From: an archaeon GW2011_AR15
Lineage (GTDB): Archaea; Nanobdellota; Nanobdellia; Woesearchaeales; GW2011-AR15
Length of the DNA: 64,000 bases
Direction of reading: 5' to 3'
NCBI GenBank assembly: GCA_000830295.1
Contig: CP010425.1
Location: forward strand, 294,884 to 358,883
Positions 47,850 to 56,396 of this stretch are shown here, piece by piece (the first letter of the stretch is position 1; every line of letters begins with the position of its first letter). A program made the translations under genes and the position numbers. The notes below the pieces were generated by a model, which saw nothing but the letters and a program-made list of their open reading frames with translations, did no database searches and had not been told where the DNA came from.

Positions 47850-48313
47850 GAAACTGTCGCCCTTATCTTTCCTGTTGCTGTCCTTTCTATCTGGCTTCCT
47901 ACTGTGTAGAAAGTTAGGGTTATGTCTCCCTGTATTTTCTTGCCGGAAGGGACCTGGATATCGCAGTCAAGGGTTACTACATCGCTCAATACTCCGTTTA
48001 CAAGAATCCCTGTAACATTTGCAGGAGAGCATCCCCACAATCCCTCATTATCCCCCTCGCCTTCTATAGTAACTGTGAAGCCATCTATATTTTTGCCGAG
48101 GGTGTTCCTCAGCTCAAGCTGGACGCTGTCCTGGAGGACCGCATAATTCTCGCATGTAAATGCATTTGAAATATCGCATCTGTCAGGAAGAAGCCTTCCG
48201 AGGTCAATCACTCCGAAGCCTATCAGTGCTCCTATTGCAAGCATGACTATAAGTATTGTAACTCCGTATATAAGCAGCGTTTCAACTGCTACCTGCGCCT
48301 TTCTTGTTCTCAT
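47846..48313 (-). CDS. type IV pilin-like protein (class III signal peptide)
   Basis: The N-terminus MRTRKA|QVAVETLLIYGVTILIVMLAIGALIGF has a short basic leader, a [KR][GA]-Q processing site, Glu at +5 and a hydrophobic helix. A Gly/Thr-rich beta C-terminus follows. Confidence 0.5.
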   Translation of the reverse strand: MRTRKAQVAVETLLIYGVTILIVMLAIGALIGFGVIDLGRLLPDRCDISNAFTCENYAVLQDSVQLELRNTLGKNIDGFTVTIEGEGDNEGLWGCSPANVTGILVNGVLSDVVTLDCDIQVPSGKKIQGDITLTFYTVGSQIERTATGKIRATVS

Positions 48314-48965
48314 TTTTACCCTTTTTTAGCTTTTCTGCTATTGATGATAATTCATTGATATTTTCTGTAAATCTGGGAAGCACTTTTGAGAATACTTTTT
48401 CCATTGCCTGTATCTCTGAGCCGACTTCCTGTATGTGCTTGTCATAGTCATTTACCTTGCTGAGGATTGCCCTCTGCAAGTCTGAAAAATTCTCCCTGAG
48501 CCCTGCCAGAGTTACTTCCATCTCCGAAACTCTTGACTCAACCTTGTTTTTCCAGTCAACAATCTTGTTGACATCCTTGACAAGCTCTTCCCATTTCTCT
48601 TCAATGACAGCCTCGACCAGTTCCTCAACCTTGACCTGGTTTTCATCAAAACTTGTATCCTGCTGTGGTGCCTGGTAATTACTGCTCTGCTGCTGTCTTT
48701 CCTCTTCCATCGGCGGCTGCGTGAATATCTCCTGGTCCAGTTCAGACTCCTGCTGTGGCATTGGATATGACTGCCTTGGCGGCTGGCCGCCGCTGATAGG
48801 CTGCATGTTCCCCTCAACTGCTATTTTTGTATCCGCCTGGCTCATCGCATCAAATATCTGCGTATTGGAGTATCCCTGCCTCTGCAGGTTCTGGATTATC
48901 TCGTTGTTGGAGAGCCCTCTCTGTTTCATTTCCATTATATCATTCATAGGAGAACCGCTTGCCAT
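48282..48965 (-). CDS. coiled-coil protein with a Gln/Pro-rich linker (pilus/archaellum-locus accessory candidate)
   Basis: A small N-terminal helical domain (MNDIMEMKQRGLSNNEIIQNLQRQGYSNTQIFDAM) is followed by a Q/P-rich low-complexity stretch and then a long predicted coiled coil. The gene overlaps the pilin-like gene start by 32 nt. Confidence 0.4.
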   Translation of the reverse strand: MASGSPMNDIMEMKQRGLSNNEIIQNLQRQGYSNTQIFDAMSQADTKIAVEGNMQPISGGQPPRQSYPMPQQESELDQEIFTQPPMEEERQQQSSNYQAPQQDTSFDENQVKVEELVEAVIEEKWEELVKDVNKIVDWKNKVESRVSEMEVTLAGLRENFSDLQRAILSKVNDYDKHIQEVGSEIQAMEKVFSKVLPRFTENINELSSIAEKLKKGKNENKKGAGSS

Positions 48966-49009
48966 TTTCCAGTATCAGCTAAGAATATTAGCATATATAT
49001 AACTTTCGT

Positions 49010-49462
49010 TCATTTTTTCTCTCTAATGAGCTTCTCTGCCTCTGCCCTTGTAATGAAATCAAGGGGCTGCCAGTAATCAAGATATTTTGATATGACATTG
49101 AGGTCTGCCTTGCTGACCGCCTGGCTCACTTCCTCACTAAGCTTTGACAACTTGTCAGCCATTTCCGCCATTGAATTCCTCAGCTCTGATATAGATTCAT
49201 TGAGGGCATTTATTTCGCTGAAAATCTCTTTTGTGTCATCCAGCATATTTTCCTCAGTGAACTGGGCCTTCTTCCTTATCTGGGAATATCTCTCTTCAAG
49301 AAGCCTTATTCTCCTCATTATTTCCTCCATCTGCCTTGAGACTTCCTCGGGGACTGCGGGGGCCTTTTTTGGCTGGGGCTGGGGAACCGGAGAAGGCGGC
49401 GGTGCGGAAGCTGGAAATTGCTGCGGATTTCCCTGGCTATCGGCCTGTTTTTTATCTGCCAT
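49010..49462 (-). CDS. coiled-coil protein with a Pro-rich N-terminus
   Basis: The N-terminus PASAPPPSPVPQPQPKKAPAVPEE is followed by heptad-like helical sequence. Confidence 0.4.
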   Translation of the reverse strand: MADKKQADSQGNPQQFPASAPPPSPVPQPQPKKAPAVPEEVSRQMEEIMRRIRLLEERYSQIRKKAQFTEENMLDDTKEIFSEINALNESISELRNSMAEMADKLSKLSEEVSQAVSKADLNVISKYLDYWQPLDFITRAEAEKLIREKK

Positions 49463-49535
49463 TCTAAAAGAGGAATTTTTTTAAAGTATAGAACAATTGT
49501 TTATGCCTATACTATATAAAATTTGCTAGACTAAA

Positions 49536-51809
49536 ATGGATGACATCAATTTCTCTGTAGAAAGGCTGGGGGAGGATACAATACTGAAATGCGATTTTGC
49601 AGGCAGCCCGCTTGTGCCTTCGCTTGAAGACAATGATATCACCATGTCAAAGGTCATGGAGAAGCTTGCGGAGACCAGCGGCATAACAAAGGTTGTGTTT
49701 TCCCAGAAGCGTGAGTATGAATATGACTTCCAGCAGACTTCCATGCTGAATGAAATAGCAATGATTTACAGGAAGCTGTCAAGGGAAAAGGACAGGTTCA
49801 GCATAACCTCTCTTACATTAGACAGGTGCGCGAATTACGCCAATATCTGGTATACCCAGCTGAAGAATATAACTTCAAACCTCCTGCTCAGGGATCCGCT
49901 CGGCGCCTATGTCGAGCTGAAAAGAATAAGGAGAAGAGAAAGAATCCTTTTAGACAAAAGCGGGGAGGATGCTGCTGTCTGCATCAGGCACTACCTTTCA
50001 ATCCTTGATTACCTTATTGTCATGCTTGACGAGACAAAGCTGGTCATTATCGCTACCCCATATCTTGCAGGCTACAGCACAGATGACAGGTCTGTCTACA
50101 GGACTCTTTTCAGCCCTACAATAAAGCCTGATTTCATGTATACAAAACTCATGTCTTCCTATCCGAAGAACAGCAAGGAAATAGACAGCTTTACAATCGG
50201 GGAAACTGAGATTACCATCTTCAAGATTGCCGATTCAGTCCAGACCCTTTATCATATCCTTCCGCCTGAATTCAAGCTTTCAGAAGAGAAATACGAACTG
50301 CTTGACACGGCCAGGAACATAATGGCAGAGCACAAGCCGAAAAGGGAAGATTTTGTTGACCCAAAGAGGATGAGGGAAGTTTTCTACAATGTAGGGAAAG
50401 ACCTCATTGAAGAGCTGGCAAATTACAGGAGGATAAAATTAAGGGAGAAGGAAGTCGATGAGCTTACAAGGATACTTGTGAGGTATACTGTGGGCTTCGG
50501 GCTGATTGAGGTCCTGCTTCAGGACGAGGAGATACAGGACATTTCAATAAACAGCCCCATGGGAAGGATGCAGATATTCATTGTCCACGGGAAATATGAC
50601 GACTGCATGACCAACATTATACCGACTGTCCAGGAGGCAGAAAGCTGGGCCTCCAAACTAAGGATGATCTCAGGCAGGCCGCTGGACGAGGCCAACCCTA
50701 TACTTGACACTGAACTTGAGCTCCCGGGGGTATCAACAAGGGTTGCTGTGATAAACAGGCCGCTTAACCCTACGGGTCTTGCATTTTCTTTCAGGAGGCA
50801 CAGGGACAAGCCGTGGACCCTTCCTCTATTTGTCCATTACAAGATGATAAACCCTCTTGCAGCAGGCCTCATAAGCTTTTTTATTGACGGGACCAGGACA
50901 ATGATGGTATGCGGTACCAGGAGCAGCGGTAAATCCTCCTTCCTTTCAGCAATCATGGTAGAGATTATGAGAAGGTACAGGATGATAACTATTGAAGATA
51001 CTCTGGAATTGCCTATCCCCCAGCTGAGAGCACTGGGTTTTAATGTCCAGTCGATGAAAGTGGCATCTTCCCTTACGCAGACAGGCAGTGAGGTTGACGC
51101 AACAATTGGGATAAGGTCAACGCTTAGGCTCGGAGATTCCTCCCTTATTATTGGGGAAGTGAGAAGCAAGGAAGCAGTTGCATTGTATGAGGCAATGAGG
51201 GTTGGGGCAGCCGCAAACGTGGTTGCAGGAACTATTCACGCTGACTCACCCTATGGCCTGTATGACAGGGTGGTGAATGACATCGGCGTGCCGAAAACAA
51301 GCTTCAAGGCAACTGACATTGTCATAGTTGCTGCACCCATAAAATCAGCTGACGGCCTGCATAAGAACAGGAGAGTCATACAGATAACAGAAGTCCAGAA
51401 GCACTGGGAGCAGGACCCTCTTCTTGAAAAAGGCTTTGTTGATTTGATGAAATATGATGCAAAAAAAGACGAGCTTGTGCCCACGGATGACCTTGTCAAC
51501 GGTGAATCTGAGATATTGAAAATAATAGGAAGCAAGATAGCTGATTATGCGGGCAACTGGGATGCAATCTGGCAGGATATACTGACGAGGGCAAAGATGA
51601 AAGAGGCTCTTGTAAAAAAGGCCGTGGAGAACAAGGACATGGACATGCTTGAGGCTCCTTTTGTGATACTTTCAAATGACATGTACCATGTATTCAATGA
51701 GAAAGTCAGGAAAAAATCCAAAAAGCTCGACCAGAAGCTCATCTACCAGGAATGGGAGGCGTGGCTCAACCAGGAAATAAGGAAAAGGAAATACAAGACA
51801 GAAAAATAG
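49536..51809 (+). CDS. type II/IV secretion-system ATPase (FlaI/GspE/VirB11 superfamily) with a roughly 400-aa N-terminal extension
   Basis: The C-terminal ATPase core has Walker A GTRSSGKSS, an Asp box ITIEDTLEL, Walker B/Glu LIIGEVRSKEA and a His box TIHADSP. The N-terminal 420 aa match no domain I recognise. Confidence 0.7.
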   Translation: MDDINFSVERLGEDTILKCDFAGSPLVPSLEDNDITMSKVMEKLAETSGITKVVFSQKREYEYDFQQTSMLNEIAMIYRKLSREKDRFSITSLTLDRCANYANIWYTQLKNITSNLLLRDPLGAYVELKRIRRRERILLDKSGEDAAVCIRHYLSILDYLIVMLDETKLVIIATPYLAGYSTDDRSVYRTLFSPTIKPDFMYTKLMSSYPKNSKEIDSFTIGETEITIFKIADSVQTLYHILPPEFKLSEEKYELLDTARNIMAEHKPKREDFVDPKRMREVFYNVGKDLIEELANYRRIKLREKEVDELTRILVRYTVGFGLIEVLLQDEEIQDISINSPMGRMQIFIVHGKYDDCMTNIIPTVQEAESWASKLRMISGRPLDEANPILDTELELPGVSTRVAVINRPLNPTGLAFSFRRHRDKPWTLPLFVHYKMINPLAAGLISFFIDGTRTMMVCGTRSSGKSSFLSAIMVEIMRRYRMITIEDTLELPIPQLRALGFNVQSMKVASSLTQTGSEVDATIGIRSTLRLGDSSLIIGEVRSKEAVALYEAMRVGAAANVVAGTIHADSPYGLYDRVVNDIGVPKTSFKATDIVIVAAPIKSADGLHKNRRVIQITEVQKHWEQDPLLEKGFVDLMKYDAKKDELVPTDDLVNGESEILKIIGSKIADYAGNWDAIWQDILTRAKMKEALVKKAVENKDMDMLEAPFVILSNDMYHVFNEKVRKKSKKLDQKLIYQEWEAWLNQEIRKRKYKTEK

Positions 51810-52484
51810 TCACTTCTCCAGTATTATTATGTTGCCCCTTCCCTTTTTTATTTTCTTTACTTTTCCGAGGGATTCAAGCTCTGCAACCATAAGGCTGATC
51901 TTTGCTTCTGACAGCGGAAGTTCTTTCCTGAGCTCCCTCTGCGTCATCCTGCCGTCATTTTTCTCCAGAAGTGAGATTATTCTGGAAAGGTCAGGCTTTG
52001 CTTTCTGGATTTTCTCTTTACTGTATTCTGTTTTGCTTTCTCCTTTATTCTTCCTGGCCCGGAAAAAAAAGAAAGCAGCAGCCAGGATTAAAAGAAGTGC
52101 AGCTCCAATCAGCCATGAAAACTTTCTGTCAGGATATGGATTCTCTATATCTAAATTGAGGTCGTCAAACAGCTCATCATCAATATCCGGGTAGAGAAAA
52201 AGGTCAAGCACATAGTCGCCATTCTGCACTATGGTTATGTTTTCGGCGACTGCCATTGGCTGGCCATTCCTGTAATATGCCAGAATTGTGTATTTGCCAG
52301 GAGGCACTTCAATGCTGTATGTCCCGTTTACAGCCACGAATCTCTGCATTGGATTTGTATTGATCTCAACAACTGCTCCCTCAACCCTGTCAAGCGAAAG
52401 GTCATATATGTTGCCGTATATTGTTGCTGCTGACGCTGTATAAATCAGTATAAGAAATACTGCAAACATCAACGGCCCCCTCAT
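51810..52484 (-). CDS. single-pass membrane protein: signal peptide, extracytoplasmic beta-sandwich-like domain, TM, cytoplasmic winged-helix DNA-binding domain
   Basis: A signal peptide (MRGPLMFAVFLILIYTASAA) precedes a transthyretin/carboxypeptidase-regulatory-like segment (VNGTYSIEVPPGKYTILAYYRNG) with N-glycosylation sequons. The TM helix WLIGAALLLILAAAFFFF is followed by RARKNK and a C-terminal wHTH (MTQRELRKELPLSEAKISLMVAELESLGKV). Confidence 0.5.
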   Translation of the reverse strand: MRGPLMFAVFLILIYTASAATIYGNIYDLSLDRVEGAVVEINTNPMQRFVAVNGTYSIEVPPGKYTILAYYRNGQPMAVAENITIVQNGDYVLDLFLYPDIDDELFDDLNLDIENPYPDRKFSWLIGAALLLILAAAFFFFRARKNKGESKTEYSKEKIQKAKPDLSRIISLLEKNDGRMTQRELRKELPLSEAKISLMVAELESLGKVKKIKKGRGNIIILEK

Positions 52485-52546
52485 TGAAGGTGGGTTGCCT
52501 TTCCGACTATAAAAATATTTCCCTGCGACGCCTGTGGAAAAACAGG

Positions 52547-52590
52547 ATATAAAGCTTCTAAAGCCTGTTTTCCGGGAATATAAAGCTTCT
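52547..52590. promoter_or_regulatory. two 13-15-nt direct repeats (G[GA]ATATAAAGCTTCT) 31 nt apart in a divergent promoter region
   Basis: Exact copies of ATATAAAGCTTCT occur at 52547-52559 and 52578-52590, each preceded by a CCTGT(G/T) element. They lie between the divergent wHTH-membrane-protein gene and the secreted-protein gene. Confidence 0.4.
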
Positions 52591-52669
52591 GACGGTCAAA
52601 TCTGAAAAGTTTCTTTATAAGAAAACCGCAATATCTTAACTGTAAAATAAAATAGCGAGGTGGCTATTC

Positions 52670-53875
52670 ATGGAAATGAAAAAGATTATGGCTTTGTCCA
52701 TGCTGCTCATATTTTTGATGAGCGCATTTTCTGTGTTCGCACAGGAAGTCAGGACAGAGGCAAACACACAGGCAAGCGTAAGGGCAAATGCCGGCTCTGC
52801 CAATGCAGACGCTGAGCAGAATGCTTCAGTAAATGCAAGGATTAGCCTGAGAGACAGGCTGCTGGAAATCAATGAGCGGCACAGGGCTAAATTAGAATCA
52901 CTTACCGATGCTCAGGTGGAAAAGCTGGAGAGTCTTAATAAGACACAGCTTGAGGTGCTTTCCATTCTTGGAAGAGCCAGAATGAATGCTATTGTCAATT
53001 CAGGCAATGCCCCAATGGCTCTTGCTAAACTGGAAGTCAGGACATTCGCTACAAAGGCTGACATGTTCAGGGAAAGAGTTGTGGAAAACTTCCAGGGCAT
53101 CAGGGCAAGGATAGAGAGCCTCAGGGAAGAGCATGCCGAAATAAGGGCAGAGCTTTCAGAAGAGAGGGCTGAATTCAGGGCTGCTGTTGAAGCCGGGAAT
53201 GAAGAAGATGCAATTGCTCATGCAAAGGCATATCTTATCAGGGTTGCAGATATTATAATAAACAATCTTGAGAAGATAAAGGCACATGTCGAGGAAAATG
53301 ACGACCTTACAGAGGAAGAGGCTGCCAATATCACTGCAGACATTGATGCAAAGATAGAGCTTATGACAGAGGCAAAAGCTGATGTCGAGGCTGCTGAGAC
53401 AAAAGAGGAGGTCAAGGCTGCAGGAGCCGCCATAACAGAAGCATGGCACAGCATGAGATTCGGCCTGAGGCTGCATGCTGACGCACTGCTGAGGTTAAAG
53501 GTAACCGACATCCTGAAGAGAGCTGAATACCTTGAAAACAAGTTCGAAAGCGCCCTCGCCAGGCTTGAAGAGGAAGGCCATGATGTAAGTGACGCCAATG
53601 CTCTTCTTGACAGCTACAGCGAGGCAGTTGCTGAAGCCCGGGTAGAGCTCAGGGAGGCCCATTCACTGCTTGTCGAAGCATATGCTTCAGAAGACAGTGA
53701 GGAGATGGTAGAGCAGGCAAAGGAGCTTATCAGCCAGGCACATGAGCACCTGAGAGAAGCCCATGACTTTTCAAAGCAGATAATTGCTGAGATAAGGGAA
53801 ATTTCAGGCTCAATAGATATTGTGCTTGAGGAATCTTCAGATGCATACGTGCTTGTTGAGGAGGGGGAGGCATAA
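52670..53875 (+). CDS. secreted Ala/Glu/Arg-rich all-helical protein
   Basis: A signal peptide (MEMKKIMALSMLLIFLMSAFSVFAQE) precedes about 370 aa of helical low-complexity sequence with recurring E-A-x-x-E-L-R-E-A-H-like units. Confidence 0.45.
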   Translation: MEMKKIMALSMLLIFLMSAFSVFAQEVRTEANTQASVRANAGSANADAEQNASVNARISLRDRLLEINERHRAKLESLTDAQVEKLESLNKTQLEVLSILGRARMNAIVNSGNAPMALAKLEVRTFATKADMFRERVVENFQGIRARIESLREEHAEIRAELSEERAEFRAAVEAGNEEDAIAHAKAYLIRVADIIINNLEKIKAHVEENDDLTEEEAANITADIDAKIELMTEAKADVEAAETKEEVKAAGAAITEAWHSMRFGLRLHADALLRLKVTDILKRAEYLENKFESALARLEEEGHDVSDANALLDSYSEAVAEARVELREAHSLLVEAYASEDSEEMVEQAKELISQAHEHLREAHDFSKQIIAEIREISGSIDIVLEESSDAYVLVEEGEA

Positions 53876-54090
53876 TGAAAGAGAAAAGGGCATTTGCCAT
53901 TGTGGTCTCTCTGATGCTTCTTTCAGCATTCATACTTGGCTGCTCAAACCAAGAAGCAAGCACAGGGGACAATGCTGATGAAGACCTTGAAGAGGGCATC
54001 AGCGAAGTCGACAGTGCTAAAGAGGATTTCAATCAGGAAGAGGTAGACTCTGGAGTCAATGCTTTAGAGGGAGACTTCTCTGACTGGTAA
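53875..54090 (+). CDS. small acidic putative lipoprotein
   Basis: A signal peptide with a lipobox-like LGC|S is followed by an acidic Asp/Glu-rich body. The ATG overlaps the upstream stop (TAATG), suggesting translational coupling. A GAGGGGGAGG stretch lies upstream. Confidence 0.4.
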   Translation: MKEKRAFAIVVSLMLLSAFILGCSNQEASTGDNADEDLEEGISEVDSAKEDFNQEEVDSGVNALEGDFSDW

Positions 54091-54836
54091 GATTTATTTT
54101 TTATTTTTTTTATTGCGTACTCTGCTATTTTCTTGAGATTGATTACGTCTTCCTCATTGTATTCAACCAGCAGGTCAAGATAATATTTGTCGCCTGTTGC
54201 CCTGAACATTCTCCATAGTTTAATAGGGTCACCGCCATACATCCTTTCAACAATAACATTGTTTCTTGTTATGCCAATCTGCTTCTCTATTTCCTTCAGC
54301 CCGCCTTTCAGCCCTGCTTTATTGCAGAGGTGCCTCACATCAATATGCGGGATATCCGGGATTAGGCCGGGAAATTTCTTGTTCAGATAAGGAAGGTCAA
54401 ATGAGGAACCGTTGAATGTCACAATCAGCTTGTATTTTTTCAGCTCGTTTTTCAGGGCAGCAGGATTCAGGTTTATGCCTTTCACCATTGTCTTTGTGTC
54501 AATGCCATCATACAAGCCGATAACTGTAAGATATGATTCCATGCTTGTTGAGGATGAAGTCTCTATATCCAGGAAAACTATTTCGTCTTTGAAGAATTCA
54601 TATAATCGCCATGTCTCTGTTGTTGGCACTTTGTCTGTAAAATATGCAGAGTTCCCCTCATAAAGCTCTTTCTTTGCCTCAAGTATCTTCCGGTCATAGA
54701 ATGCTTTTGTCTTTTTTGAAATGCCTTTAATATCTCTCTCCAGGAAATCATCCCAGTCATTTATTCCCTGCTCCCTTATTATAAATTCTTTTTTCAGCCC
54801 GACTTTGGGGAGGTGAATATAGGTATTTCTGATCAT
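54033..54836 (-). CDS. RNase H-like 3'-5' exonuclease (YprB/PF13482-like, DEDD-type)
   Basis: Three acidic motifs are present: FLDIETSS, TFNGSSFDLPYL and YNEEDVINL. Confidence 0.6.
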   Translation of the reverse strand: MIRNTYIHLPKVGLKKEFIIREQGINDWDDFLERDIKGISKKTKAFYDRKILEAKKELYEGNSAYFTDKVPTTETWRLYEFFKDEIVFLDIETSSSTSMESYLTVIGLYDGIDTKTMVKGINLNPAALKNELKKYKLIVTFNGSSFDLPYLNKKFPGLIPDIPHIDVRHLCNKAGLKGGLKEIEKQIGITRNNVIVERMYGGDPIKLWRMFRATGDKYYLDLLVEYNEEDVINLKKIAEYAIKKIKNKSYQSEKSPSKALTPESTSS

Positions 54837-54953
54837 GGAAATTTTGTTTTTCAGAAGTTTAAAAGGGTTGCGTGGGGATGTCCAGTGAACAATAGCTTAT
54901 GCACCAGCCATATCTACCAAAACTTTAAATATTCCAGTTTATAAGTAAATAGG

Positions 54954-55172
54954 ATGGCAAAGAAAGAAGCAAAAAAGAAAGAAGAAGTCAGGAAATTATT
55001 CAGGTCAAAGAGCAACAGGGTAATCGCCGGTGTGTGCGGCGGTATAGGTGAATATTTTGCAGTTGATCCTGTTGTCGTAAGGCTCGCATGGGTGCTGTTC
55101 ACCCTGCTTAGCTTCGGAACCGGAATCCTGATTTATATCATAGCCTGGCTTATAATACCTGAGAGAAAATGA
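54954..55172 (+). CDS. PspC-domain membrane protein
   Basis: The stretch VIAGVCGGIGEYFAVDPVVVRLAWVL is the PspC domain signature, followed by a TM helix. Confidence 0.7.
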   Translation: MAKKEAKKKEEVRKLFRSKSNRVIAGVCGGIGEYFAVDPVVVRLAWVLFTLLSFGTGILIYIIAWLIIPERK

Positions 55173-55174
55173 TT

Positions 55175-56083
55175 TTATTCTGATTTTATCTCTACTACGT
55201 ATTTCGCATCAGAGCTTGGCGTATAAAGGGGGCATGGCTCTTCATAGCAGGGAGGCACATTCTCAAATGTATCGACAATCTCCATGCCCTCATCAAGGAA
55301 GATTATATCTATAGGGAATCTCATGTTCTTCATCCAGAAGCCATATCTCCCCGGCTCTTCAAAGACAAAAAGCATTGCCCCTTCAAAATCATTTCTGTAC
55401 ATCAGCCCCAGCTGCCTGCCCGGCGGCGTGTTCCTTATTTCTGCTGGATAGCATGTGTCATCGATGCATACCTCTGTATCATTGACAGGGAGAATGTAAA
55501 GCGCACCCACAATCAGCAGCACTATTGCCGCAAAATATATTTTTGTTTTCAGGGATTTTACCAGGAAAACTGACCTATGCGCTGACCTGCCAACCTTGAG
55601 AAAGAGCTTTTCAGTCAGGCTGTATGCTGTCAGGATCCCGTAGAGCCACAGCAGCAGTTTACTCTCAAATACAAGGGAAACAAGGACCAGCACAGGGAAA
55701 ACAACTGCTGCTGCCAGCGCTGCATAGTTCCTCATGAAGACCGGCTCTTTTGTATGGTAATAGCTGAGTGCCTGCACAAGCAGGTAATATGACACCAGGA
55801 ATATGGCCTGGTAGATGTATTTTTCAAGCACATAGATGCCGAAAAGATAGAGGCTCAGCACAACGCATACAACAATGAAATTGTCAGTTATAGCATCAAA
55901 TTTCGCCCCGAATTCTGTCTCCTGCTTTAGTTTTCTCGCCAGGAAGCCGTCAAGGAGGTCAGTGGCAAGCGCAAGAAGGTAAAAAACCACAAAAGCAAAG
56001 GAATGCGCATACGCAGACCATACCATGAGGCCACCGAAAATAACCCTGAGAAATGTAACAGAATTCGGGACATTCAGTTTCAT
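55175..56083 (-). CDS. fusion protein: N-terminal CDP-alcohol phosphatidyltransferase, C-terminal DUF192 (COG1430) domain
   Basis: The CDP-OH-PT motif D..DG..AR..(8)G....D appears as ATDLLDGFLARKLKQETEFGAKFDAITD within a polytopic membrane domain. The C-terminal 110 aa match DUF192 (PIDIIFLD, YVVEI). Confidence 0.6.
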   Translation of the reverse strand: MKLNVPNSVTFLRVIFGGLMVWSAYAHSFAFVVFYLLALATDLLDGFLARKLKQETEFGAKFDAITDNFIVVCVVLSLYLFGIYVLEKYIYQAIFLVSYYLLVQALSYYHTKEPVFMRNYAALAAAVVFPVLVLVSLVFESKLLLWLYGILTAYSLTEKLFLKVGRSAHRSVFLVKSLKTKIYFAAIVLLIVGALYILPVNDTEVCIDDTCYPAEIRNTPPGRQLGLMYRNDFEGAMLFVFEEPGRYGFWMKNMRFPIDIIFLDEGMEIVDTFENVPPCYEEPCPLYTPSSDAKYVVEIKSE

Positions 56084-56135
56084 CCATCATATGAATTCAG
56101 TAATGTTTTTAAATCATCCTCCTTTTCCATCATTT

Positions 56136-56312
56136 ATGGCAAAGGACAACAGGATAAGCATGCCTGCTTCGGGAGCAGGGATAACAAGGTATTTTGATGA
56201 CTATAAGTCAAAGATAGAATTTTCACCGGGCCATGTTGTTTTTCTTGCAATAGTCGTAATGCTTCTTGTCATAATTCTTAACATCTGGGGCGGCAGCATC
56301 CTTGGAATATAA
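56136..56312 (+). CDS. preprotein translocase subunit Sec61-beta
   Basis: The 58-aa tail-anchored protein MAKDNRISMPASGAGITRYFDD...VVFLAIVVMLLVIILNIWG matches the Sec61-beta/SecG family pattern. The track's 95-aa ORF from 56025 overlaps the upstream gene, so I use the internal ATG. Confidence 0.55.
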   Translation: MAKDNRISMPASGAGITRYFDDYKSKIEFSPGHVVFLAIVVMLLVIILNIWGGSILGI

Positions 56313-56396
56313 GAACTTCCGGCTTTATAGTCTTTAACAAAAGAAAAGATTTAAAAGAGTCATCATCTACTTCTTTCTCTAAAAAAGAGGGTTAAA

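Noticed and set aside
56025-56135. N-terminal extension of the Sec61-beta frame
   Set aside because: It overlaps the 3' end of the CDP-alcohol transferase gene on the opposite strand and adds non-conserved sequence. Only the last 58 aa fit Sec61-beta.
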